Source: Caldicoprobacterales bacterium (GTDB lineage: Bacteria; Bacillota; Clostridia; Caldicoprobacterales; UBA3941). Taken from it: DNA of 64,000 nt. Made by a program: the position numbers and the translations under genes. Location: the NCBI GenBank assembly GCA_050949255.1, contig JBMNFJ010000016.1, positions 12,665 through 76,664 of the forward strand, read 5' to 3'. Numbering within the stretch: the stretch's first letter is position 1; each line of letters starts with the position of its first letter. Below the pieces are notes generated by a model that made no database searches, was not told the DNA's origin, and saw only the letters and a list, made by a program, of their open reading frames with translations. Of this stretch, positions 43,665 through 54,075 are shown piece by piece.

Positions 43665-44219
43665 TTAACTGACTATTTTGGTATATCTGTTGGCATAGCA
43701 ACTGGCGGCGTAGCTCTCGGGCTTTATTTTTGGTTCAAATCCAGTGCCGTTGGCCATAGCCACCATCTCATTAATCAACTCACGAGTAGGGCCTACTGTG
43801 CCCACATCAATGTGAAATTCAAAGTGTATGTCGCCCGGGCGCCCCATGGTGGTCAGGATACACTCCACCAATCTATCCATCCTTTCAGAAGTAAACCAGG
43901 CGGCCAGTTCCAAGGTTTTACTGGTTTCATAATAGATCTTTTCCCTCAGACTAAATAAAGGCCTGGGGAGAACCTGTGTTGTAAAAAAACCGGTTGCGCC
44001 TTTGCCTATCTTATGGAGGTGTATGGCTGTTACAAACACCGTTTCATTTGTCCCGACCTGGGAATCAGTTCCAATGGATAGGCGATATTCATTATGGGGG
44101 GCTTGTTTTAAAAAACTCACGAGCATTTCGTATACCTGGTCCAAAGTTAAATCCTTATGTCTTGAATTTCTAAACAAAGAATTCTTAATTTTAACCACTT
44201 CCCTAGGATTTGAGATCAT
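43665..44219 (-). CDS. YkuK/DUF458-family RNase H-like protein
   Basis: The YRLSIGTDSQV...VFVTAIHLHKIGKGATGFF pattern matches the ykuK family as I remember it. Confidence 0.6.
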   Translation of the reverse strand: MISNPREVVKIKNSLFRNSRHKDLTLDQVYEMLVSFLKQAPHNEYRLSIGTDSQVGTNETVFVTAIHLHKIGKGATGFFTTQVLPRPLFSLREKIYYETSKTLELAAWFTSERMDRLVECILTTMGRPGDIHFEFHIDVGTVGPTRELINEMVAMANGTGFEPKIKPESYAASCYANRYTKIVS

Positions 44220-44599
44220 ATTTGGCTTTTCTCAACTTATTATATATTATCTCCTGATAATTCGCAATTTTCCATAGCTATCGTTATAATGGAAGTTAAT
44301 ATATATTATGATTCTTTCTGGTGTTTGATAAAAGATATGGCAGGAGACCTAGTGTTTTTTATAAACTGTTGGCATAGAAGGCCGGTGGTTATTTATTCTA
44401 TTAAATCAAAACTGGATAGTATATATTAAAATAATCCGCACCTATAAAGAGGATATTCGTCAAAGATGTAGAATATGAAGATATTATGCCTACAATAACT
44501 TGTCCTGGGGTGGAAAACTTATAATATATTTCCTTTGGTACTCCTGGGATGTTTTATGTAGGTTGAGGTGTACAGCATAGGAAGAAGGACGTGATGTGA

Positions 44600-45773
44600 A
44601 TGCGCCGATATATAGTAAGTATAGCTATGGTTCTTTGTTTTTGTTTGACTTTTTTGACATCCTGTTCATATTTTATGGAGGATAAAATAGATGAGCCCAG
44701 GCCGAAGGATCCGGCACCCATCCAGGAGGATACCATCGACAGTCCGATTGAGGGAGAAGAACCCGAAGACAGGGATGATAATGAAGGTGATATGGGACCC
44801 GTAGAGGAAGAACCCGTAGAAGAACCTATAGAGGAAGAACCACCGGAGGATATAGTAATCACTATTTCCCTGGCGGGTGACTGTACAATAGGTACAGATG
44901 AAACCTTTACATATACCAACTCCTTTCCGGATCGCCTAAACAAGGTTGGACGGCGATTGGAAATATTTTTTTGCCGGAGTCAGGGATATATTTGAAAATG
45001 ACGATCTAACTTTGGTGAATCTTGAAACTACCTTTACAAAGGCCACTAAAAAGGCAAATAAGAGATTTAGATTCAAAGGAGACCCATCGTATGTAAACAT
45101 CTTAAAAGAGGGTAGCATAGAGATGGTAAACATATCAAACAACCACATCTATGACTACCTGCAACAGGGTTTTGACGATACATTGGAAACCCTGGACAAT
45201 GCGGGGTTACTCTATTCCGGCGAGGGTTATAAGGCCTTTTATGAATCACAGGGCATCACCATGGCAAGTCTGGGATATCAGGGCTGGAATACCGATATTA
45301 AAGATCAGGTAAAAAGTGATATAGAAGAGGTCAGGGACCAAGCCGATATAGTTATAGTCTCCTTCCATTGGGGAATAGAAACAAAAAATTATCCCAATGA
45401 CGTACAGTTAGAACTAGGGAGATTTGCCATTGATGCGGGTGCCGATGTTGTAGCCGGTCATCACCCCCATGTAATTCAAGGCATTGATAAGTATAATGGT
45501 AAATATATAGTCTACAGCTTGGGAAATTTTTGCTTTGGAGGCAATCGAAATCCCAAAGACAAGGATACCTTTATATTCCAAAATCAATTTACATTTAGCG
45601 ACGGGGAGTTAATAGATAGTCATGGCATTATCATTCCATGCAGCATCTCCTCCAGAAAGGATGTAAATGATTATCAACCAACCGTACTGGAAGGTGAAGA
45701 AGCCGAAAGGGTAATGAATCGTATACTAAAATATAGCAGTAGTCTGAAATACGGGATTGGAAAAGATACGTGA
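44600..45773 (+). pseudogene. CapA/PgsA-family metallophosphatase-like lipoprotein gene interrupted by a +1 frameshift near 44948
   Basis: Frame 1 encodes signal peptide, lipobox (FLTSC), acidic linker and ISLAGDCTIG...SFPDRLNKV. The homology continues in the next frame as DGDWKYFFAGVRDIFENDDLTLVNLETTF. Deleting one G in the GGTTGGAC run restores a single ORF. Confidence 0.65.
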
Positions 45774-45859
45774 AATAAGGTGATTAACTAGTTGAGAGCG
45801 TTAATTTAGCCCGCTGTTACAACTCGATTTATCATGAGTCAATGAAGTTGGGGGAGAAT

Positions 45860-48232
45860 ATGGGACCGTATGTAAAGCGTCCTGTTATATGGATAACAAT
45901 ATCCTATATAATTGGGGTGCTAATTGAAGGTTTTATAAAATGGAAATTTGCTTATCCATACATAGCCCTTGTGGTACTGGCTATATTTGCTGGACTTTTG
46001 ATTTTAAGAAGGAGGGACTTGTATCTACCCCTTGTCTTGATTATATTCGCCTTGGCAGGCGTACTCAACGCATATATACATAGCATACCGAACACGGATT
46101 TAGACGAGTTCGTCGGACAAGTCCCCCTAACCTATGGACAAGTACTGGAAAAGATAAAGGAAAGTGACTCCAAGTCGTCTTTTGTTATGGAAGTACACAG
46201 GATTGACCACAATAATACCCAATATAAGGTCAAATGTAAAATTAGGATGACGGTCTATGCTGATACGGATGAAGGAGATTATCCCAGAATAGATATCGGA
46301 GATTGGTTGGAACTGAAAGGGACAATAGAAAGGCCGCAAGGTCGCAGAAACCCAAAAGGGTTCGATTATAGAGAGTATCTTGCTCGTAGGGGGATTTATT
46401 ATACGGTTGGGGTTCCCAGCCGGAGCATTCTGTCTGTAGAGACCGGAAGTTTTCCCTGGCCGAAATCCTGGTTAAAATCTGCAGCTGGCTTCATGGCAGA
46501 GGTGTTTGATAAATACGTTGGAGGTAGGGAATCCGGACTTGTTAAGGCCATGCTCATAGGGGAAAAATGGGCAATGCCGGATCAGGTTGTAGAGGAATTT
46601 AGGGACACGGGAATTGCTCATATTTTGGCTATATCCGGATTGCATATAGGCTTTATTATACTGTTTTTTTCCTGGCTAACCAATATCCTAAAATTATCAC
46701 CCAAGGCCGCCTTCCTTGTTCAGGGGATGGTCCTTGGGTTTTATTGTTTATTGGTTGGAGGTAGTCCATCGGTAATCAGGGCCTCAATCATGGGCATAAT
46801 AATCCTGGGTGGAAGGGTAGTCGGAAGGAAATCTGAACCAATAAACAGCTTGTTTTTGGCTGCATTTATTGTTCTTATTATTAATCCCATGGATTTATAC
46901 GAGATAGGATTTCAGCTTTCCTTTAGCGCAGCGGCAGGTATCATACTGTATGCTAAACCAATAAGCCTTAAGCTGGGATTCATGCCCAAGGCCGTTGCCA
47001 ATTCCCTGGCCGTCACTCTATCAGCCCAGATAGGTACATGGCCCCTATTGGCATATCATTTTAATGTATTTTCGCCTATAGGTATTGTAACCAACCTCAT
47101 TCTGGTGCCCATAGCCGGCATGATCGTTGTATTAGGCTCGATGCTGCTGATAGCCGCGGCAATATTACCTATTTTAGCGAAGTTTTTAGGCTGGTGGCTA
47201 TGGATAATCTGTCATATTCTTATTGATGCTAACTCCTGGTTTTCAAATTTTTCATGGTCTGTTCTTAGGGTGATATCCCCTGGGGCTTTATTTCTCCTCG
47301 TATATTATGCCATATTTATCATATTGTCTGAGGAATGTCCCAGGTGGATCAAGAGGCCTGTAGTCCTATGTGGAGCATTAGCCCTTGTTGCATTTGTACT
47401 TATATTTATGAGTTCCATTTTCGACAATGACCTGAAGATTGTCTTTGTGGATGTAGGCCAGGGGGATTGTATATATATAAAATCCCCCGATGGAAAGCAT
47501 ATATTGGTGGATGGTGGTGGGATGCCGGCAGAGATGGGCGATTATGATATTGGCTCCCAGGTAGTTGTCCCATTTTTACTGAAAAATGGTGTTAAAAAGC
47601 TTGATGCGGTGATTATGTCCCATGCCCATGATGATCATATTGGAGGGTTGATACCGGTTGTAGATGATCTTAAAGTGGGCGCCTTTATGGAGTATCCACC
47701 AAGGGAGCAATCGACACAATATCAGACCCTAAGGGATTTAGTAGACAATAAGGGTATTGAGCGAATAGTAGCAATGAATGGACAAACTTACAAAATAGGC
47801 AAGGAGATGTTTTTAGATATTATATATCCTGTCACAGATACAGAAATATTAAATAGACTATACAAGCAGAATGAAAATAATTTATCACTGGTAATTAGAG
47901 TACGCTGCCAGGACACCAGCATTCTACTCACCGGGGATATAGAGGGGGATGTGGAATCTTACCTATCGGACGTTTGGAACGAAAGTGTTTCGTTGCTTAA
48001 GGTGGCTCATCACGGAAGCAAGACCTCATCCGCCGAAGAGTGGATTAATGTACTGGAACCTAGTATTGCAGTAATCCAATGTGGCAAAAACAATTTTGGG
48101 CATCCGGATCCTACTGTTGTACAAAGGTTTGAAGGGCGTGGAACCCAAGTGTTTAGAAATGATAAAGATGGTGCAATTACCCTTAGATATAAAGAAGGGA
48201 AATGGTATATATCTACCATAGTAAAAGATTGA
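45860..48232 (+). CDS. comEC: DNA internalisation competence protein ComEC/Rec2
   Basis: Multi-pass competence domain plus a C-terminal metallo-beta-lactamase motif MSHAHDDHIGG. ATG 45860 follows GGGGGAG. Confidence 0.9.
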   Translation: MGPYVKRPVIWITISYIIGVLIEGFIKWKFAYPYIALVVLAIFAGLLILRRRDLYLPLVLIIFALAGVLNAYIHSIPNTDLDEFVGQVPLTYGQVLEKIKESDSKSSFVMEVHRIDHNNTQYKVKCKIRMTVYADTDEGDYPRIDIGDWLELKGTIERPQGRRNPKGFDYREYLARRGIYYTVGVPSRSILSVETGSFPWPKSWLKSAAGFMAEVFDKYVGGRESGLVKAMLIGEKWAMPDQVVEEFRDTGIAHILAISGLHIGFIILFFSWLTNILKLSPKAAFLVQGMVLGFYCLLVGGSPSVIRASIMGIIILGGRVVGRKSEPINSLFLAAFIVLIINPMDLYEIGFQLSFSAAAGIILYAKPISLKLGFMPKAVANSLAVTLSAQIGTWPLLAYHFNVFSPIGIVTNLILVPIAGMIVVLGSMLLIAAAILPILAKFLGWWLWIICHILIDANSWFSNFSWSVLRVISPGALFLLVYYAIFIILSEECPRWIKRPVVLCGALALVAFVLIFMSSIFDNDLKIVFVDVGQGDCIYIKSPDGKHILVDGGGMPAEMGDYDIGSQVVVPFLLKNGVKKLDAVIMSHAHDDHIGGLIPVVDDLKVGAFMEYPPREQSTQYQTLRDLVDNKGIERIVAMNGQTYKIGKEMFLDIIYPVTDTEILNRLYKQNENNLSLVIRVRCQDTSILLTGDIEGDVESYLSDVWNESVSLLKVAHHGSKTSSAEEWINVLEPSIAVIQCGKNNFGHPDPTVVQRFEGRGTQVFRNDKDGAITLRYKEGKWYISTIVKD

Positions 48233-48462
48233 AAATCGAAAAATGTCGTGGAATATATTATATTGTTATGATAGAATGGTTTTTGTAGCTTTGGAGTTTC
48301 AAGAGAACGCATTTTCAATAGGTATGGATATGTGTTTGTCTAATAAAGGAGTTGCTTCCAACTCCGAAACTCCAATTAATTGTTTTTTGCAATGCATTAT
48401 ATAGTTTTGGAAAGGGGTTTATAGTAGTGAAAAGGTTTCAGGATAAAAACTGGAAAGAAAAA

Positions 48463-49860
48463 ATGAGAATAACCTTTGATTATAATAATATGATGTCCGA
48501 ATTTGTAGGCGATGAGGGAATAGAGTGGAGCCAGCTTGAGGCTTTGGAGCCCACCCTTAAAAAGGCGTCTTTGGCCATGAACGAGAAAAGGAAGGCAGGG
48601 CAGATGAGGTGGAGGGAACTGCCCTATAATCAGGATGAAATTGTTCAGGATATTCTGGAAACCGCCGATGGTATAAAGAAGAGATTTGATAACTTCGTAG
48701 TTCTTGGTATCGGAGGTTCTGCATTGGGACCAATAGCAGTACAGCAGGCCTTAAACCACATGTATTATAACGAACTGTCAAAAGAGGAAAGAGGGGGCTG
48801 CCCCAGATTATATGTTATTGACAACGTCGACCCTCAGCGTATGAAAGAGCTGTTTGACGTAATTGATATAGAGAAAACGATGTTTAACGTCATTACAAAA
48901 TCCGGCAGTACCTCGGAAACCATGGCTCAATTCCTTATAGTAACGAGTCTGCTTAAGGAAAAGGTGGGAGACAGCTATAGGGATCACATCATAGCTACAA
49001 CGGATCGGGAGAAAGGCAGTTTGATAAAAATTGCCCGGGATGAAGGATTCAAGACCTATTACGTTCCCGAAGGGGTGGGCGGAAGGTTTTCAGAGCTGTC
49101 CCCTGTAGGACTATTGGCAGCGGCGGTTTGTGGTATCGATATAGAGGAGATGCTAGCCGGAGCCGCTTATATGGACGAAATTGCCAGCCAACCTGATCCC
49201 TATAAAAATCCTGCTTATATGGCAGCGACCTTGCAGTATCTGGCCATGAAGGCAGGTAAGAATATCTCGGTTATGATGCCCTATGTAGACTCTCTTAAGT
49301 ATATGGCCGATTGGTATGCACAACTATGGGCTGAAAGTCTGGGAAAGAGATATGATTTAGAAGGTAACGAAGTTTTTGTAGGACAAACACCAGTTAAAGC
49401 TTTGGGAGTTACGGACCAACATTCCCAGGTACAGCTTTATACCGAGGGTCCCTTTGATAAGGTAATTACCTTCCTTGGGGTTAAGGAGTATAAGTGCACA
49501 GTGGAAATTCCCAACGGATATCAGGATCATCCTGCCGTATCTTTCCTGGCCGGTCATACTCTAAATGAGCTAATCCATGCCGAGCAGATGGCTACTGAGT
49601 ATGCCCTGCTGAAGGCGAAGCGGCTGAATAGGACCATTACCCTACCGGAGGTTAATCCCTTTACCGTAGGCCAGCTCCTGTACTTTTTAGAGGTGGAGAC
49701 GGCTTTTGCAGGAGAACTGTTGGGTATTGATGCCTTCGATCAACCTGGGGTAGAGGAAGGCAAGAACGCTACCTATGCACTTTTGGGTAGGTCCGGATAC
49801 GAAGAAAAGAAGGAGGAACTGGATTCAAGGCCGAAGAAGAATAGTAAATATATATTATAG
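48463..49860 (+). CDS. pgi: Glucose-6-phosphate isomerase
   Basis: MRITFDYNNM N-terminus and GIGGSALGP, following the Firmicute ~450-aa PGI pattern. The upstream ORF extension to 48352 contains a hairpin and no homology. Confidence 0.9.
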   Translation: MRITFDYNNMMSEFVGDEGIEWSQLEALEPTLKKASLAMNEKRKAGQMRWRELPYNQDEIVQDILETADGIKKRFDNFVVLGIGGSALGPIAVQQALNHMYYNELSKEERGGCPRLYVIDNVDPQRMKELFDVIDIEKTMFNVITKSGSTSETMAQFLIVTSLLKEKVGDSYRDHIIATTDREKGSLIKIARDEGFKTYYVPEGVGGRFSELSPVGLLAAAVCGIDIEEMLAGAAYMDEIASQPDPYKNPAYMAATLQYLAMKAGKNISVMMPYVDSLKYMADWYAQLWAESLGKRYDLEGNEVFVGQTPVKALGVTDQHSQVQLYTEGPFDKVITFLGVKEYKCTVEIPNGYQDHPAVSFLAGHTLNELIHAEQMATEYALLKAKRLNRTITLPEVNPFTVGQLLYFLEVETAFAGELLGIDAFDQPGVEEGKNATYALLGRSGYEEKKEELDSRPKKNSKYIL

Positions 49861-49878
49861 TACAGGAGGAGATAGGAA

Positions 49879-51009
49879 TTGAAGGAATTTGGGATAGGTA
49901 TTATTGGATACGGTTTCATGGGCAAAGCCCATACCTATGCCTACAGGACCATGCCCCTTTATTATGAGGATTTGCCCTTTCGTATTCGATTGGTAGGGAT
50001 TTGTAATCGAACTTTGGAGAAAGCCCAAAGGGCCAAGGAGGATCTGGGCTTTGAATTTGCTACAGATGATCCAAATGAATTGTTTGCAGCAGACAATATC
50101 GATATTATCAATGTTTGTACACCTAACAATCTGCACAAGGATCATGTTATCGGTGCGCTGAAGGCAGGCAAACATGTATATTGCGACAAGCCCTTAACCG
50201 CTACCTACGAGGAATCGGAGGAGATTTTAAAGGTGCTGGGCTCTACTAAGGCCATTACCCAAATGGCATTTCAGAACAGATTCTTCCCTGCTACCATGCG
50301 GGCAAAGGAGCTAATAGAGGCCGGCTTTCTAGGGGAAGTCCTTTCCTTCAGGGCATCCTATCTACATTCGGGATCCGTGGATCCCGAAAGGCCCATGGGA
50401 TGGAAACTGGAGAAATCTGCAGGTGGCGGTGTTTTGGCAGATTTAGGTTCCCACGTTTTGGATCTTATTTATCATCTTCTGGGCAGATATAAGGAAGTAT
50501 TTGCCTATAACAGAATATTATACCCCAAGCGACTACATCCATCGGGTAAGATGGTGGATGTAGAGGCTGAGGATCTATCCTTGCTTATAGTAAAGATGGA
50601 AAATGGCAGCGTTGGTACCATAGAATCGTCTAAGATAGCTACCGGGACCAATGATGAGCTCATTTTTGAAATTCATGGGACTAAGGGAGCTATGAGGTTT
50701 AACATGATGGACCCCAATTGGCTCGAAGTCTATGATAATACTTTACCTGAAACGGATTTGGGCGGCGATAGGGGATTTAAAAAGATTGAATGTGTCCAGC
50801 GCTATAAAAGTCCGGGAGGAAAGTTTGTTGCACCTAAGGCACCTATAGGTTGGATACGCTCTCATGTTCATTCGCTGTATAATTTCCTGGATAATGTATA
50901 TAACCTTAGGCCTTCTGTTCCGTCCATCGAGGACGGGGCTTATATCCAATATGTCATAGAAATGGCTCACAGATCCCATCGCACAAAGCAATGGGTTACC
51001 CTTGATTGA
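49879..51009 (+). CDS. Gfo/Idh/MocA-family oxidoreductase
   Basis: FGIGIIGYGFMGKAH Rossmann N-terminus. TTG start after AGGAGGAG, 18 nt after pgi. Confidence 0.85.
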   Translation: MKEFGIGIIGYGFMGKAHTYAYRTMPLYYEDLPFRIRLVGICNRTLEKAQRAKEDLGFEFATDDPNELFAADNIDIINVCTPNNLHKDHVIGALKAGKHVYCDKPLTATYEESEEILKVLGSTKAITQMAFQNRFFPATMRAKELIEAGFLGEVLSFRASYLHSGSVDPERPMGWKLEKSAGGGVLADLGSHVLDLIYHLLGRYKEVFAYNRILYPKRLHPSGKMVDVEAEDLSLLIVKMENGSVGTIESSKIATGTNDELIFEIHGTKGAMRFNMMDPNWLEVYDNTLPETDLGGDRGFKKIECVQRYKSPGGKFVAPKAPIGWIRSHVHSLYNFLDNVYNLRPSVPSIEDGAYIQYVIEMAHRSHRTKQWVTLD

Positions 51010-51210
51010 GGTATGAAATAACGCTCCCATGAGTTGATTGAACCTATAGTATTATTATTGTTCAATCCAGTAAATGTTGCCCTTAGAAACTATATCCGAT
51101 TCACCCCATTCTATATTATAAATTCTGGTGTTACGAAGTGAAGGACCATCATATATATTAAATAACGCAACTGTACATTGTAGAATTTAATTTACATGGG
51201 GTGAGTAAGT

Positions 51211-51474
51211 GTGGAAGTCTATCAAGTAGCGATTATTCCCCTTATTGTAGGGGTTGTGGAGCTGTTTAAAAGCCTGGGTCTGCCCAAGAAATTTAGCGCC
51301 CTTACAGCATCACTTCTGGGTATATTAATAGGGGTATTCTATGTATACCCCAGGGATGTACCAAGGGGTATTTTGGTGGGACTATCCTTCGGATTGGCCG
51401 CATCGGGTTTGTATTCAGGTACTAAAAACACTGTTCAAGGCGTTAAAGAGATGAGAGTAGCTCGAAAAAAGTAA
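51211..51474 (+). CDS. Small three-TM holin-like membrane protein
   Basis: 87 aa with three hydrophobic segments and a basic tail (KEMRVARKK). IPLIVGVVELFKSLGLPKKF...LLGILIGV resembles A118-type phage holins as I remember them. GTG start after GGGGTGAG. Confidence 0.45.
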   Translation: MEVYQVAIIPLIVGVVELFKSLGLPKKFSALTASLLGILIGVFYVYPRDVPRGILVGLSFGLAASGLYSGTKNTVQGVKEMRVARKK

Positions 51475-51513
51475 AAAATAAGAAGTCCTATTGGAGAGGA
51501 CTTCTTATTTTTT
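51474..51513 (+). terminator. Strong rho-independent terminator
   Basis: AATAAGAAGTCCT-attggag-AGGACTTCTTATT followed by TTTT. Confidence 0.85.
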
Positions 51514-51708
51514 CTCCTGGAAGTTTACCTTTAGGTATTAAAATTAACTTACCTTGCCCATTGTCAATAAATGAATCAGCTTTATATACTTTTCTTTTTG
51601 TCTTAAGTAATGCGCTATGGATTAGCGGATGTGTAGCATTCAATAGCCATTACCTATTTACATGTTTAAATAGGACAACTCCTTAATCGGGCAAACTCGG
51701 TACAAATA

Positions 51709-52302
51709 TTAATATGCTTCTTTAAACAATTGGAAATGGGGTTGTTTATGGAGACATGTGGGGCAAATCTCCGGGGCCTTTTCACCTTTGTGTATGTATC
51801 CGCATTTCCTGCATATCCATTCAGTGGGTTCGTCTTTCTTAAAGACCTTTCCATCCCTTACATTATCGGCCAGTTTATTAAATCTTGTTTCATGATTAAC
51901 TTCGGCTTTTGCGATCATTGTAAAGGCAGTTGCTACTTCTGGGAAACCCTCTTCCTTGGCTACCTGAGCAAATGCCGGGTAAAGATCCGACCATTCCTCA
52001 TGCTCGCCAGCAGCTGCTGCTTTTAGATTTTCCAAGGTGTTACCCAAGGCAACGGGATAATCTGCATTAATTTCTACACTGGTGGGTAGCTCGTCACCGA
52101 AACCTTCTACCAGGAACTTGAAGAATCTGTTGGCGTGGATTCTTTCGTTGTCAGCCGTTTCGAGGAAAATTTCTTCGATTTGTTTATATCCCTCTTTTCC
52201 TGCGACACTAGCATACATGAAATACCGATTGCGGGCCTGGGATTCTCCGGCAAAGGCCTTCATTAAGTTTTCTGCAGTTCTTGTACCTTTTAAGCTTTTC
52301 AT
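51709..52302 (-). CDS. rbr: Rubrerythrin
   Basis: Ferritin-like diiron N-domain (TAENLMKAFAGESQARNRY) plus a C-terminal rubredoxin-like CRKCG...CPTC. Confidence 0.9.
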   Translation of the reverse strand: MKSLKGTRTAENLMKAFAGESQARNRYFMYASVAGKEGYKQIEEIFLETADNERIHANRFFKFLVEGFGDELPTSVEINADYPVALGNTLENLKAAAAGEHEEWSDLYPAFAQVAKEEGFPEVATAFTMIAKAEVNHETRFNKLADNVRDGKVFKKDEPTEWICRKCGYIHKGEKAPEICPTCLHKQPHFQLFKEAY

Positions 52303-52481
52303 ACCTATATTCCTCCATTTAAATTATTCCTAATATAGATAATACCCATTTTGGACAAAATGAAACAGGCAGCTTGGCCGATTGATAAAAATGATTTTGT
52401 CGGTAAATGCTATTTCCCTTGATTTTATGCGGTTCTACGGTTACACTAGAAAAATAGGAAAGTGGGAGGGGAAGGTAGATC

Positions 52482-53960
52482 ATGGACTATACCGGAGATA
52501 TGAAGAGGATTTTAAAGACGTACTTTGGACACAATAGCTTTCTTATGGGACAAAAAGAAGTCATTGAAAGCATTTTAGAGGGTAGGAATACAATTGCAAT
52601 ATTCCCTACCGGAGGAGGAAAATCCCTATGTTATCAGTTACCCGCCCTTATTTTCCCCGGTACCACTATTGTTATTTCACCCCTTATATCCCTTATGAAG
52701 GACCAAGTGGACGAGTTAACAAAGCTAAATATCAATGCTGCGTATATCAGTAGCATCTTATCGGATAGACAGGTGACAAGGACCATAAGGGATATGAAAC
52801 GGGGTAAGTATAAAATAGTCTACATTGCCCCTGAAAGGTTTTATTCGGAGGATTTTTTGTCAGCCTTGCAGGAGATCCACGTGCCCCTTGTGGCTGTAGA
52901 CGAAGCCCATTGTATATCCCAATGGGGGCATAATTTTCGGCCTGCATATCTAAAGATAAAGAATCTTATAGAGCACATAGGCAACCCCATTTTGGCAGCC
53001 TTTACCGCAACAGCTACCAAAAGGGTACAAAATGATATTGTAAATCTACTTGGTATGAAGGAAAATTGCAATGTTTTTGTTGAGAGTTTCGACAGACCCA
53101 ATCTGGAGTTTAAGGTGGAAAGATGTGAGGATAAATGGAGCTATATCCTAAAGCATATCCAGAAAAACAGGCATAAGCCCGGAATCATTTATGCAGCCAC
53201 CCGGGCTAAGGTAGAGGAGATCCATCTTATGTTGAGGGAGAGGGGTGTAGCTACCGGGATGTATCATGCAGGCTTGAATAGAGTGACCAGGAATAATACC
53301 CAGGAAGCTTTTCTAAACGATGAGATAACGATTATGGTGGCTACCAATGCCTTCGGGATGGGTATTGACAAAAGCGATGTCAGATATATTATACATTGGA
53401 ATATGCCCAAAAGCCTGGAGAACTACTACCAGGAGGCGGGACGGGCTGGCCGTGACGGTTTGGCGTCCAGTTGTATACTCCTACACTCTGAAGATGATTA
53501 TAGGCTCAATCGTTTCATGATAGAGGGGAATTACCCTCCTATTAAACTGGTGGAAGGCCTATACAAGCGGATTAAGGCCAAAGAACATGAGGGGATCCCT
53601 CAAGAGGTCCTGTTAAGAAGCAGGTCAGTAGATAAGCATACTCTCCATAGTGCCCTGAAAAAGCTGTTAGAATACAACTATGCCAGGCTAAACGATGGCC
53701 TTGTGTATCCAATGTATAGCCGGGAATTTGACTTAACTCAGGAGGAAATCGACTGGCATAAAGAAGTAGAGATAAATAGATTGGAGAAGATGGAGGAATA
53801 CTGCAAAGGGGGAAAGTGTCTCAGACGGTTTATTTTGGAGTATTTCGATGAGCATGTTAAATCCAATAATTGTGGCAACTGCAGCGTATGCAATAAGGGA
53901 AGGAAAACCAGGCTTAGCCAATGGGACTTAGACAAACTTGTTAGGGATATATTTAGCTAG
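52482..53960 (+). CDS. recQ: RecQ-family DNA helicase, short form (RecS-like, no HRDC)
   Basis: FPTGGGKSLCYQLPA, DEAHCISQWGHNFRP, and a C-terminal Zn cluster C..C...CGNCSVC. 492 aa. Confidence 0.85.
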   Translation: MDYTGDMKRILKTYFGHNSFLMGQKEVIESILEGRNTIAIFPTGGGKSLCYQLPALIFPGTTIVISPLISLMKDQVDELTKLNINAAYISSILSDRQVTRTIRDMKRGKYKIVYIAPERFYSEDFLSALQEIHVPLVAVDEAHCISQWGHNFRPAYLKIKNLIEHIGNPILAAFTATATKRVQNDIVNLLGMKENCNVFVESFDRPNLEFKVERCEDKWSYILKHIQKNRHKPGIIYAATRAKVEEIHLMLRERGVATGMYHAGLNRVTRNNTQEAFLNDEITIMVATNAFGMGIDKSDVRYIIHWNMPKSLENYYQEAGRAGRDGLASSCILLHSEDDYRLNRFMIEGNYPPIKLVEGLYKRIKAKEHEGIPQEVLLRSRSVDKHTLHSALKKLLEYNYARLNDGLVYPMYSREFDLTQEEIDWHKEVEINRLEKMEEYCKGGKCLRRFILEYFDEHVKSNNCGNCSVCNKGRKTRLSQWDLDKLVRDIFS

Positions 53961-54013
53961 CCTTCTTAGGTTGGGACTCGGTACAGGTCCTATACCTATA
54001 ATAATGTAGATAA

Positions 54014-54046
54014 GCTGCTACACTCGGCTGTTGGGAGCGTAGCAGC
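54014..54046. terminator. Hairpin between convergent genes
   Basis: GCTGCTAC-17 nt-GTAGCAGC. Confidence 0.5.
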
Positions 54047-54075
54047 CAAATATAAGGAACATCGTCATAAGCAGT

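Noticed and set aside
44946-45773. Treating 44946-45773 as an independent gene with a TTG start.
   Set aside because: It has no RBS and lacks the signal peptide and first conserved CapA block. Those are encoded just upstream in another frame, so a frameshifted single gene explains the data better.
51010-51710. Prophage remnant around the holin-like gene.
   Set aside because: No endolysin, terminase, capsid, integrase or att-like repeats are visible in the flanks. Only hairpins and promoters are present.
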